Shown here: piece by piece, positions 18,644-29,403 of the stretch
How the letters are laid out: each line of letters begins with the position of its first letter
Position numbering within the stretch: position 1 is the first letter of the stretch
Source: Macrostomum lignano
Taxonomy: Eukaryota
DNA length: 64,000 bases
Assembly (NCBI GenBank): GCA_002269645.1
Contig: NIVC01001058.1
Coordinates: 1-64,000 of the forward strand
Direction of reading: 5' to 3'
Notes under the pieces: model-generated
The model's database searches: none
What the model saw: the letters and a program-made list of their open reading frames with translations, nothing else
What the model was told of the DNA's origin: nothing
Position numbers and translations under genes: made by a program

Positions 18644-18678
18644 GTGTCTGTCTCTGTCTGTCTGTCTGGCTGTCTGTG

Positions 18679-18709
<31 letters not shown>

Positions 18710-18825
18710 CTGTCTGTCTGTCTGTCTGTCTGTGTCTGTCTGTCTGTCTGTCTGTCTGACTGTCTGTCTGTCTGTCTGACTGTCTGTCTGTCTGTCTGTG
18801 TGTCTGTCTGTGTCTGTCTGTCTGT

Positions 18826-18864
<39 letters not shown>

Positions 18865-19010
18865 TTTGTCTGTCTGTCTGGCTGTTTGTCTGTCCGTCTG
18901 TCTGTCTGTCTGTCTTTCTATCTGTCTGTGTCTGTCTACCTGTCTGGCTGTCTGTCTGTCTGTCTGTCTGTCTGGCTGTCTATCTGTCTGTCTTAGTGTC
19001 TGTCTGACTG
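18515..19010. repeat. (CTGT)n/(CTGG)n compound microsatellite
   Basis: Direct. Confidence 0.98.
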
Positions 19011-19894
19011 TGTAAAAATAAATACAAACAAATACAGATACAAAAAAATCTGTCTAAAAGAATAAATAAAAAAGACTTGTAAAATCGGATTGCGAATTTG
19101 CATGCTTAGATATTTTTTGTCAAAAAACGACTGCACACTTGCGCTCGTAGAGTTGTAACTCTGTTGCTGGACCCAGACACATGATTCCGTGCATATTTCA
19201 ACGCGATGGAATTGTTATTATATGTTTTGTTGTGCTGCTCCTCGCTTCATCCATATTATAAAACTAATTAGTAATGAAGCTTATATTACTAATGTAGCTT
19301 TCTCGCTCGCGCGCTCCCATTTTATGCTTATAAATCGCTTGCTGGGTTATTATTATCTAACTTATTGATACTTGGCTACTTAAAGTAGGGTTTAGCTATA
19401 ATCTTTATTTGTGTTCCTGCCCTAGATAACTGCTCCTTTTGCACTAGGACTCGGTTCATTGCTGAGCCTAGCGTGTATGGATTACTGTAGATAAAACGGT
19501 TAGATAAATATGAATAGCTTGATGAGTTTAGATTTTTTCGGTGCATTTTCTGTTTCTTTGTTTTTAACTCCCCTCCCCGTGGAATTTAGTTGATTAGTTT
19601 ATTGTCTCCGTTGTAATGGAAAACAAAAGCTTTTTGTCAAAAATTTGTTTAATTTCGGTTTCGCAATTTATTGAGATGGTTTGCTATGGACTGTTTGTGT
19701 TGTTTTTTTCTGTTGTAAATTGGCGCTTAGTCTGTTGCAATGAACTGTTTCAAATTTATTTAATAAATAACATAACTGTGACCGTACGGGATTGTATGAG
19801 ATGTTTCTCTCTGCTGTCGTTATAAAATCATATTAATTATTGTTTAAACACACTTATTTAACCTTCATTGTTCTTGATTTGTGAATTCTGTTTT

Positions 19895-21040
19895 GTCTGT
19901 CTCATTGGGTTGCCGCTGTGTCCCTTCCCAGTGTCTCCTTGGGTTGCCACTGTGTTCCTTCCTAGTGTCTCATTGGGTTGCCGCTGTGTTCCTTTCTAGT
20001 GTCTCATTGGGTTGCCGCTGTGTTCCTTTCTAGTGTCTCATTGGGTTGCCGCTGTGTTCCTTTCTAGTGTCTCATTGGGTTGCCGCTGTGTTCCTTTCTA
20101 GTGTCTCATTGGGTTGCCGCTGTGTTCCTTTCTAGTGTCTCATTGGGTTGCCGCTGTGTTCCTTTCTAGTGTCTCATTGGGTTGCCGCTGTGTTCCTTTC
20201 TAGTGTCTCATTGGGTTGCCGCTGTGTTCCTTTCTAGTGTCTCATTGGGTTGCCGCTGTGTTCCTTTCTAGTGTCTCATTGGGTTGCCGCTGTGTTCCTT
20301 TCTAGTGTCTCATTGGGTTGCCGCTGTGTCCCTTTCTAGTGTCTCATTGGGTTGCCGCTGTGTTCCTTTCTAGTGTCTCATTGGGTTGCCGCTGTGTTCC
20401 TTTCTAGTGTCTCATTGGGTTGCCGCTGTGTTCCTTTCTAGTGTCTCATTGGGTTGCCGCTGTGTCCCTTTCTAGTGTCTCATTGGGTTGCCGCTGTGTT
20501 CCTTTCTAGTGTCTCATTGGGTTGCCGCTGTGTTCCTTTCTAGTGTCTCATTGGGTTGCCGCTGTGTTCCTTTCTAGTGTCTCATTGGGTTGCCGCTGTG
20601 TCCCTTTCTAGTGTCTCATTGGGTTGCCGCTGTGTTCCTTTCTAGTGTCTCATTGGGTTGCCGCTGTGTCCCTTTCTAGTGTCTCATTGGGTTGCCGCTG
20701 TGTTCCTTTCTAGTGTCTCATTGGGTTGCCGCTGTGTTCCTTTCTAGTGTCTCATTGGGTTGCCGCTGTGTTCCTTTCTAGTGTCTCCTTGGGTTGCCGC
20801 TGTGTTCCTTTCTAGTGTCTCATTGGGTTGCCGCTGTGTTCCTTTCTAGTGTCTCCTTGGGTTGCCGCTGTGTTCCTTTCTAGTGTCTCATTGGGTTGCC
20901 GCTGTGTTCCTTTCTAGTGTCTCATTGGGTTGCCGCTGTGTTCCTTTCTAGTGTCCCATTGAATTGCCGCTGTGTCCTTTTCCAATGTCTCATTGGGTTG
21001 CCGCTGTGTCCCTTCCCAGTGCCTCATTGGGTTGCCGCGC
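19895..21040. repeat. Minisatellite, 34 bp unit (GTGTCTCATTGGGTTGCCGCTGTGTTCCTTTCTA), ~33 copies
   Basis: Near-perfect tandem copies with degenerate edge units. Confidence 0.98.
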
Positions 21041-21638
21041 CGTTTTTGTTCACTTCAAAAAACTGAATAAAGACTCGCTTATGTTTTTAGCTCATATGCA
21101 AACTAGTCTATAGAATGCGCTTTTATTTCAAGCTGGGTTAGTTTATTTGTCATATTTCATTGCTGCAGGACCTTGCCAAATATTTTCTTAGTAATGACCG
21201 CTCAAAGGTAGACCAAATTTTAGACTGATTAGAATCTATTCCTTCACTCAGTTTTTTAAACAAACGCAAGATACTACTTGGGATAATTAGCAGCATCGGC
21301 TTGGGGTGGTTAGCGCGAAAACGAATGCGCGATACTCTACTGCCAATCCTCAGTTAGTAGCAAGTAACGAAAGTGCAGCAGCAGCGGAAGAACGACCATG
21401 GTAGGGTTGAAGAAGACTGCGCGCCTGTCTATAGCGGAGAAGAGAAAATTGAATTACGAGCTAGAAATATGAGGGCTTTGAAGTTAAAGAAAATTGCTAA
21501 TTTAAAATCAGTACACTAAGATTTACTCCCGAAAACATTAGTTAGAAAGCAAGTAATAAGGCTATATGAAAAGTCTGTCGTCCAGAGTAAAGCGCGATTG
21601 CGTAATCGCTAAAATAAAATGGCCAACGCTTGTTGCGC

Positions 21639-22813
21639 TCATTCGTCCTCCTTGCCGCGTTTGATCAGCGTGACAAATTTGTTATAATCCAACTTGCCGG
21701 CCTGGATTGGCGCCTCCTTCCAGGTCTGCCGGATCTCGTCGTCCGTGAAATTGTCGCCCATGTTCTTCATCAGGTCACGGAAACTGGAGTATAACAGAAT
21801 CGATAAAAGGGTGAACGTTTTAGCAACTTTTAGTAGCTTTTGCAACATTTCTACTTGGAAGTCTTTGATGTCTGGCAACTTTCATCTGACTTAATGATCA
21901 TCACAGCTGCACTTCAGCGAGCGGGCAACTCACTATTCCTCGTCCAGGAAGCCCGAGTTGGCATCGTCGAACATTTTGAAGGCGTTGCGCAATGCGTCCT
22001 CCGGATCGGAGCCGGTCAGCCGTTCGCCGAAGATCTGCAGAAACATGGTGAAGTTCAACGGGCCGGGAGACTCCTTCAGCATCTCCTGCAGCTCCTTGTC
22101 GGTTGGCTGGCGACCTGTGCGGGGAACGAACCGAGAGCTACTTAAGCATCACAATTAAAGCCTCTGACACAATGAGCTTCTGTGTTCAGCAATGACTTAC
22201 CAAGGGAGGCGTACATGTCCTTGAGGTCCTCGACATCAATGAAACCGTCGCGATTCTGGTCGATCATTGTGAACGCCTGCGTTTGAGAAGTGGTCGAGTT
22301 GTTTACCGAGCTGCGTTCGGATGTCACAAGGACTGACCAATCTCCAAACAGAAATTTTACGATTTCAAAAGCTCAATGGCTCTGACTAGCTATCATTAGA
22401 TAATGAATTTCAAGTCTTAATAATACTAAGATTCTAAGTCTCAAACAATGATCCCACAACGTACTAACCTCCTTGAACTCCTGCACCTGCTGCTGCGGAA
22501 AGGCGGCGAAAACGTTGGAAGTCGCTCGCTGGGCGCGCTTGCCTTCCTTCTTGCCATCCTGCAATGAAATTCAAAATCATTACGGTGGATGGATTAAAAG
22601 ATAATTGGATTTCCAGCTCGTCTCTTTTGGAAATGCTAAGTGGATTCCATTACTCGATGATTAATTTGCTAGCAACGTGTGATGCTATGCCGGAATGTTA
22701 ACGCCAAGTGTGTCAAGTGTCACCTTGGCGAACGCAACACGCGAGGGCCATTAAAAATTCGCGTCAGCGACCCCCAGACCCCCGCACCACACAGCACTCA
22801 CATCATCAGCCAT
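21639..22813 (-). CDS. MRLC: Myosin regulatory light chain; exons 22813-22802, 22558-22469, 22276-22201, 22114-21934, 21783-21639; 167 aa
   Basis: Spliced [70 protein letters not shown]; MLCK site RATSNVF and EF-hand present; all junctions GT-AG and in phase. Confidence 0.95.
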
Positions 22814-22860
22814 TGTCGCTTCTTAGCTTCGCTAGCAGCCAAGAATGTTGCAAGTTCAAA

Positions 22861-22892
22861 ACTGATTTCGCGCTGAAATGTGAAATTATATA
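22861..22892 (-). promoter_or_regulatory. TATA box (TATATAA) and initiator (TCAGT) of the MRLC gene
   Basis: TATA starts 29 nt upstream of the Inr A on the minus strand, about 50 nt before the ATG. Confidence 0.6.
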
Positions 22893-23244
22893 ATGCCAGC
22901 CGGTGGAACAGTTGTCTGTCTATCGCGACTGACGACCAATTTTTCCTTAGCTATAAAATTCAATTCGCCTACCTTGAAAGCACGGAGCGGCCAACAGACG
23001 GGGGAGCAGCCTTGGATGGTTTGGGGAGAAATGCGAAATGACCGAGCGGGCGGGACGGCACTGCGAATAGCCGCGGACACAGTTTTTGTATTCCTTGATG
23101 CAGTCGCGTCACGTAGCAAACGACCACGGCAAGGTAAAGAAGTCAAGGCAGCCTCACCGGAGGGATGAGAGAGGGGGGTGGTGTTCCGGAACTGGGGTTC
23201 AGCGGAGGACGAAAGGAAGGATTCAGCCTGGAACTGCGCGCTGA

Positions 23245-23254
23245 CCTTTTATGG
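23245..23254. promoter_or_regulatory. CArG box (CCTTTTATGG), candidate SRF site
   Basis: Matches CC(A/T)6GG about 390 bp upstream of a muscle gene start. Confidence 0.4.
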
Positions 23255-24124
23255 TATGGTAAAAAGGCCATTGCACAGGCCCGCGGCCCATCTCTGCATC
23301 GTTCGACCGCCCCGGCATCGCCAGGAATGCTGATTGATCAATATTGCCTCGCAAGCATGCGGTGCACTGCCGTTGCGTACTTGGGGGGGGGGGGAATAGG
23401 TAAATTCTGACAGTACAGCTGCAGAATCGATCCTATTGAAGCCGTGTGTCCGTCTCTATCCCGCAGTTCTAGCTGCTGTTGCGGTTGCGCACGCGGTCAG
23501 CAGCTGAACTCGGCGCGGAAAGCCTTTTTCCGCATCCCCGGTCCTCCAGCTGAATTCAGCTACACTGGGTACACTGTGTGAAGTCGGTTAGCTGAAGCTG
23601 CCAAGCTACACAGTAAAGATTCTGCATCGCGCATGGCAGAAAACTGAACTTACATGGTACCAGTGAGAGGATTTCTGCCACGGTTCCGTCCACTCTATTG
23701 GGAAATATTCTTTTTGCTTAAGATAAAGTCAACTTCCAATATTTCTCTGCTTCTTTGGTTTGTTTCTTTCCTGTCTCGGTATAAATTTTACATTGGTGCT
23801 TAAACACAAAGAATTATTAAACTTTCATTGCTTTCTGTTAGCCTCGGAGGGCTTCCACTCTTCATTACAAGCCTTTCAAAGTCTTCTGTCGATGAGTGGT
23901 GATTCAATTCAGTCCTGTATTATATAGAATTTATAGCCCGTCCTTTTTAATAATTCTTAAGCTGTGTTCACTAGCTTTCATGAAGTTAATTCAATGGTAA
24001 GCAACTATTATGGGATGCTTTACAATTACAAACTGGCAAACAGCCAATTAAGGACATCGTGTCACTCAGGAGGGACATCAAGTTCAGTCAAGAGGCAACC
24101 ATGCCATTCATAAAGGACATCGTG

Positions 24125-24583
24125 TCATTCAGAATTGCCTCGCGAACCATCCCGACGCAGAAGCAGCGCAATCAGTAGCATCAAGATGAGGCCAAGGAAG
24201 CTGAGAAAGGCCATCGTGGCGCAAATAATCTTGCCAGCATCGCCGGCTGTCCAGCCTGTGCCGTCGTCTCCGACGTGCCCGTCTGAGCTGCCTCCTTGGC
24301 CGCCGCCGCTGCCGCCGAAGGCGCGGCCGCTTCGCAGCCTCCAGCTGTCGCCGCAGACTCGGCGCAGGCTCCGATTCCAGTCTGGCGGCAGGTTGGCCGG
24401 CGTCTCGCTGCTGCACTCCTCGGCATCGTTAGTGCTCAGCCGCTCGCTGGTCCACGGATCCAATGGTTGAGTCATCAGGGCCATGTCGTGCAGGCTGAGC
24501 ATGGGCAAGTCGCTCTTTATCATCGTTATGGCTGGCTGGCTTTTGTCTGCGTTTAGTCTGTTAGCGGAATACAATTCGGTCAT
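24125..24583 (-). CDS. Uncharacterised single-pass membrane protein (probable last exon or whole ORF)
   Basis: GC-rich exon-like segment; 152-aa ORF with hydrophobic IICATMAFLSFLGLILMLLIALLL followed by RR and a short tail; no family recognised. Confidence 0.4.
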   Translation of the reverse strand: MTELYSANRLNADKSQPAITMIKSDLPMLSLHDMALMTQPLDPWTSERLSTNDAEECSSETPANLPPDWNRSLRRVCGDSWRLRSGRAFGGSGGGQGGSSDGHVGDDGTGWTAGDAGKIICATMAFLSFLGLILMLLIALLLRRDGSRGNSE

Positions 24584-24656
24584 CAGCAGCCGGTAAACTC
24601 CAGTCAGAGACGTGGATCATAATCCTGTGCTGTGCGACGTTGCTGGCAAATATGCA

Positions 24657-24790
24657 CATTTACATTACATCGACCGATAACGACGTCATACCTTGGCCGA
24701 ACGTCGGTGCAATGTAAAAGTACATATCTATCAGCGACGTCGTTAGACGTCGGAAACGTCGGTCGACGTTATCGGCGTCGAATAAATGTA
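24657..24790. mobile_element. Small CpG-rich element with imperfect terminal inverted repeats (MITE-like)
   Basis: TACATT..TCGAC.CGATAACG on the left mirrors CGTTATCG.GTCGA..AATGTA on the right; several GACGT cores inside. Confidence 0.4.
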
Positions 24791-25410
24791 GAATTAACTA
24801 TAAAGTGAGCAAAAATACACAATGAATTCATAAAGCTTACCTTTGCACCTTGAAGCAGAGTTCATTAGCCCATGCACGGCGGTTAATGCACTTGACTAAT
24901 ATACAGATCAAGCTGGGGCAGAGGGGACTCTAATTGAGCAGTTCTCATGCGCACTCATGAGCATGCAATGAGCAGATCTAGAGGAAGGCAAATAGCAATT
25001 AATGATTACACGAGTCTATCCGACAATGGAATACAGCCAATGGCCAAGCTCGTCTGCCGATCATGCAGTTCGAATCAGATTGCTCTGAGCGCGAACGAGG
25101 CCGATCTCCTCTCCTCTTCTCTCCTCTCCGGGGTCCCTAATCTCCTTTGCATGGCTGCGCCTGTGCTGCTACTTAATTCCAGATAAGAATTGTCAAATCC
25201 GATGGGCCAGGGCGGCAACTATTTGATCTACGGCGTTAATCCGTCCGCGCTTTCAATGCTCTCGTGTCGGCTTGTGTTTGGTATTAAAAAACCCTGATTT
25301 TACCACTGCTACACATGTACCAGCTCGTATCTGCAAATTTTCGGTTTTATCTGCTGCCTTCTGAAAAGTTCCATTTCCAGAATCATGACAAGTGCGAACG
25401 TAAAATATTT

Positions 25411-25693
25411 TTACTCACTTGGTGTCCGGGCTTGCTCCCTGCGGCTGCTAAGCTTACCTACTCACTTGGTGTCCGGGCTTGCTCCCTGCGGCTGCTAAGC
25501 TTACCTACTCACTTGGTGTCCGGGCTTGCTCCCTGCGGCTGCTAAGCTTACCTACTCACTTGGTGTCCGGGCTTGCTCCCTGCGGCTGCTAAGCTTACCT
25601 ACTCACTTGGTGTCCGGGCTTGCTCCCTGCGGCTGCTAAGCTTACCTACTCACTTGGTGTCCGGGCTTGCTCCCTGCGGCTGCTAAGCTTACG
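25411..25693. repeat. 47 bp minisatellite, 6 copies, carrying two 5' splice-site consensus motifs per unit on the minus strand
   Basis: Unit CTTACCTACTCACTTGGTGTCCGGGCTTGCTCCCTGCGGCTGCTAAG; reverse complement contains CAA|GTGAGT and AG|GTAAGC. Confidence 0.95.
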
Positions 25694-26237
25694 TCTTCAA
25701 CTGTTAGATTAGGAAGAGGTGCAAATTTTTATCCAGTTGTGTTGCACCAGCATGACACAAGACACACAACACAAGGTAACCTGGGCTGGGCCATTATCGT
25801 AATAATCGCTTCATCAATATAAAGGCTGCGAGTGACAAGCGCGACAGGTTCGCAAAGAACTCAGAGCATGTTTGTTATCTATAAAACTATGATTGAAAAG
25901 CAGTACAGGTACTTGAAATGCCCAAAGTGCTTTAGAAATAATTTAAACTAACAAGCAGTTTTGAATTAGATTTCCAGTAGAAAAAGGCATTAGTACAAAC
26001 GATTAATAATTCAGCTGTATTTATGATAGAACGGTTTCGTACATGTACATAATAATTATGAGCATATTAAGACACAAAACTGAAGACTGCTATGCTGATT
26101 AAAAAAGCATTAATAAAAGCGTATAGAAATGCAAAAAAGCTTGTACTTTTAGTCTCGCGAATCCAGTGTCGATTAAACTAGCTATTTTATTTACAAATCG
26201 ATTAAGTAAATATTGATCAGAGTTGAATCTGGATCCT

Positions 26238-29200
26238 TCAGGCCTTTCCGACTGTTCTCTGCCGCGGCCCCGTGACTGAGGGCTCCACTCCGATCGGCTC
26301 CGCCTCTGGCCTGCAAAAAAAACAAAATAAAAAACCTTACTTTTCTCTTTTCAAGTGAATGGCAATAATAGAGAATATGTACCATAGACGCTACTTTCAA
26401 TAGAAATAAGTTTTTTTCGAGTTTAACTTAAAATAATAATATTACACAGCAGTAGCAGCACACCTACTGAAGAGCACTGAGGGCAGCAGCACACCTACTG
26501 AAGAGCACTGAGGGCAGCAGCACACCTACTGAAGAGCACTGAGGGCAGCAGCAACCAGCATGGACCCACACTCACTCATCGTCAGGCGCGTCCAAATCGA
26601 CCAGTTCCGGCGGTTCATCGCTGTCGTCATAATAGTCAGCCTCCGCAGCTGCCGGCGCCGCATCATCGACAAGATCATCATCGTCATCTTTGTCATCCTC
26701 ATCATCATAGTCATCGTCTCCGTCTGTTTTCTTTCGCCTAGCCCGAGCGGCGGCGGCGGCGGCCTTCGAACTTGGGGAGCTCTCGCGCAGACAGCAACAG
26801 TAAGCAATGAGTAGCACTAGCGGTAGTACAACTCCAACTAGCAGCGCCGCCCAAATCCACGGCCTATCGTTGGTGGCATCGCGCACCGCGTCAAAAACAG
26901 CCTGCAGAGCCGAGTCCTGTTGGCGCTCAGCCTGGCGCTTTATCGACCAAGTCTGATCGGCGAAGGAGTCGGCTAGCGGCTTGCGATCGACTATCAGCAA
27001 ATTGTCAAATGCGACGCCTTCAGTCACGGACCAGAGCTCAAAGCCGATGGCACCAATGGGTGAAAATTTCCAAGGCTGCTTGTCCACGAACCCATCCGCA
27101 TTGGCAATCCGGCGGGGTCGCCAGGCGCCTCTGTAGGCCGGATTGTCCACCAATGGCGGAGTCCACTGGCCACGGTACAGGGGATTCCTCACTTTCGGCC
27201 GAGTCCATGGCCCGCAGCCGGGCGCGTCTTTGCACCTTGGAATTCAAAGTGTGAGTGGGTAGGGGCACCTTCTGATAGCTGAGGGGTAGAGGCGCCCCTG
27301 AAGTAGCTGAGGGGGTAGAGGTGCCCCCTGAAGTAGCTGAGGGTGTAGAGGGGCTCTCTGAAGTAGCTGAGGGTGTAGAAGTGCTCTCTGAAGTAGCTGA
27401 GGGGGTAGAGGTGCCCTCTGAAGTAGCTGAGGGTGTAGAGGCGCCCCTGAAGTAGCTGAGGGGGTAGAGGCACCCCTGAAGTAGCTGAGGGGGTAGAGGC
27501 ACCCCTGAAGTAGCTGAGGGTGTAGAGGCGCCCCTGAAGTAGCTGAGGGGGTAGAGGCACCCCTGAAGTAGCTGAGGGGGTAGAGGCACCCCTGAAGTAG
27601 CTGAGGGGGTAGAGGCACCCCTGAAGTAGCTGAGGGGGTAGAGGCACCCCTGAAGTAGCTGAGGGGGTAGAGGCACCCCTGAAGTAGCTGAGGGGGTAGA
27701 GGCACCCCTGAAGTAGCTGAGGGGGTAGAGGCGCCCCCTGAAGTAGCTGAGGGTGTAGAGGTGCTCTCTGAAGTAGCTGAGGGGGTAGAGGTGCCCTCTG
27801 AAGTAGCTGAGGGTGTAGAGGTGCTCTCTGAAGTAGCTGAGGGTGTAGAGGTGCTCTCTGAAGTAGCTGAGGGGGTAGAGGTGCCCTCTGAAGTAGCTGA
27901 GGGGGTAGAGGTGCCCTCTGAAGTAGCTGAGGGTGTAGAGGTGCTCTCTGAAGTAGCTGAGAGTGTAGAGGTGCTCTCTGAAGTAGCTGAGGGGGTAGAG
28001 GTGCCCCTGAAGTAGCTGAGGGTGTAGAGGTGCCCTCTGAAGTAGCTGAGGGTGTAGAGGCGCTCTCTGAAGTAGCTGAGGGGGTAGAGGTGCCCTCTGA
28101 AGTAGCTGAGGGTGTAGAGGCGCCCCTGAAGTAGCTGAGGGGGTAGAGGCACCCCTGAAGTAGCTGAGGGGGTAGAGGCACCCCTGAAGTAGCTGAGGGG
28201 GTAGAGGTACCCCTGAAGTAGCTGAGGGGGTAGAGGCACCCCTGAAGTAGCTGAGGGGGTAGAGGCGCCCCCTGAAGTAGCTGAGGGGGTAGAGGTGCCC
28301 TAAAAGAGTAGCATGAAGAGCACGCATTCACCGGCCTCTCACTTGGGATTGTCGATGTGCGCCGGCTGCCAGGCTCCGTCGATGTCGTCATCCCAGTCGG
28401 CCGGCTTTTTAGCCGTCGTGTCGGGCACGGTCGGCGGCTCGTCCAGCAGCCAGCCGGCCGGCACGCTGGCCTGGGCATCGTCGATGAACTCCGACTGCGA
28501 CTCGTCCCAGTCGGCCGGCCGGACAGCTTTGGGATCTGGGATTTTTTCTCGATCATCCCAATCGGCCGGCTTCTGGTCGGTGGGATCGTCCGCATCCGGC
28601 GGAGGATTCACTGGCGGCTGGAGGTCCTCCAGAAGGCTGCCATTGTTAACTAGCACTCGATCGATGTACACTTGGAAACTGTTGTCCGAGCTGACAACCA
28701 GAGTGTACAGGTGAGTTCGCTTGTCATTGAAGTAGGGGCTCAAATCTACTTGAGGCTTTCTGGCGTGTTTCTCTTCTACATTGCCGGTTGCTGGGCAGCG
28801 GTGGCGCAGTATAAAGTGCAGCTTGTGCTCCGAGCCGCATTTGTCAGGCCCGAACATGATAGTGTAGGCTGTCCTGTCAGTGAACTCTGTCAGGTTAAGG
28901 CTGGGACTGTCAGTCAGCAGTTTCAGATAGGCGCCGCCGCACTCCATGCCGTGCTGGAATTTCACATCGTACTGCAGAACAAACTGCTTGTCGGGCTGGT
29001 CGAACACGAATGGCCGGTCGAGCTTGGCCGAGATGGCGTAGTGCTTTGCTGGACTCTTCATCACGAGAGCGTAGTCGCCCTCGATGGCAGAGCTATCCGG
29101 CACCTCTACAGACCACTGGCCATCGTACTTGTCTGCCAGCTCATCAGAGTCCTTCTTTGACTGGGACAGAACTAGACCATGGTCGGCTGGACTTCCTGGG

Positions 29201-29403
29201 CCGGGAAAATACTGCGCATAATATGCACCATCTGGTAGCTTTGGTGGAGCGAATCTTGGCTTGGAGCCTACTGTGGTGGCTGGAGTCGGCTGTCCACTAG
29301 CTTTAAAATTATCAGCCTTGTTGATTTTGGTTTCAGGCTTATGAGCATGCAGATGAGTACAGAACAAGTAGAGTAGTGCAATAATTGAGTTGTGCCACTT
29401 CAT
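26238..29403 (-). CDS. CANX: Calnexin; exons 29403-28343, 27235-26576, 26310-26238; 597 aa
   Basis: Signal peptide; lectin domain (ECGGAYLKLL, YTIMFGPDKCG); P-domain repeats (KPADWD, IDNPKCKDAPGCGPW across the splice junction); IGFELWS; TM followed by YCCC; acidic cytosolic tail. Confidence 0.96.
26448..26555. repeat. 31 bp repeat, ~3 copies, in calnexin intron 2
   Basis: CAGCAGCACACCTACTGAAGAGCACTGAGGG tandem. Confidence 0.9.
27255..28302. repeat. 28-30 bp minisatellite filling calnexin intron 1 (GAAGTAGCTGAGGGGGTAGAGGCACCCCT), ~36 copies
   Basis: Direct; lies between the donor at 28342 and the acceptor at 27236. Confidence 0.97.

Noticed and set aside
23370-23410. Poly-G heads here and at ~4370, ~7985 and ~45615 as transposon termini
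   Set aside because: No matching opposite terminus or TSD identified
27038-28595. 429, 468 and 331 aa ORFs
   Set aside because: They span the minisatellite-filled calnexin intron; splicing restores the conserved NPKCKDAPGCG
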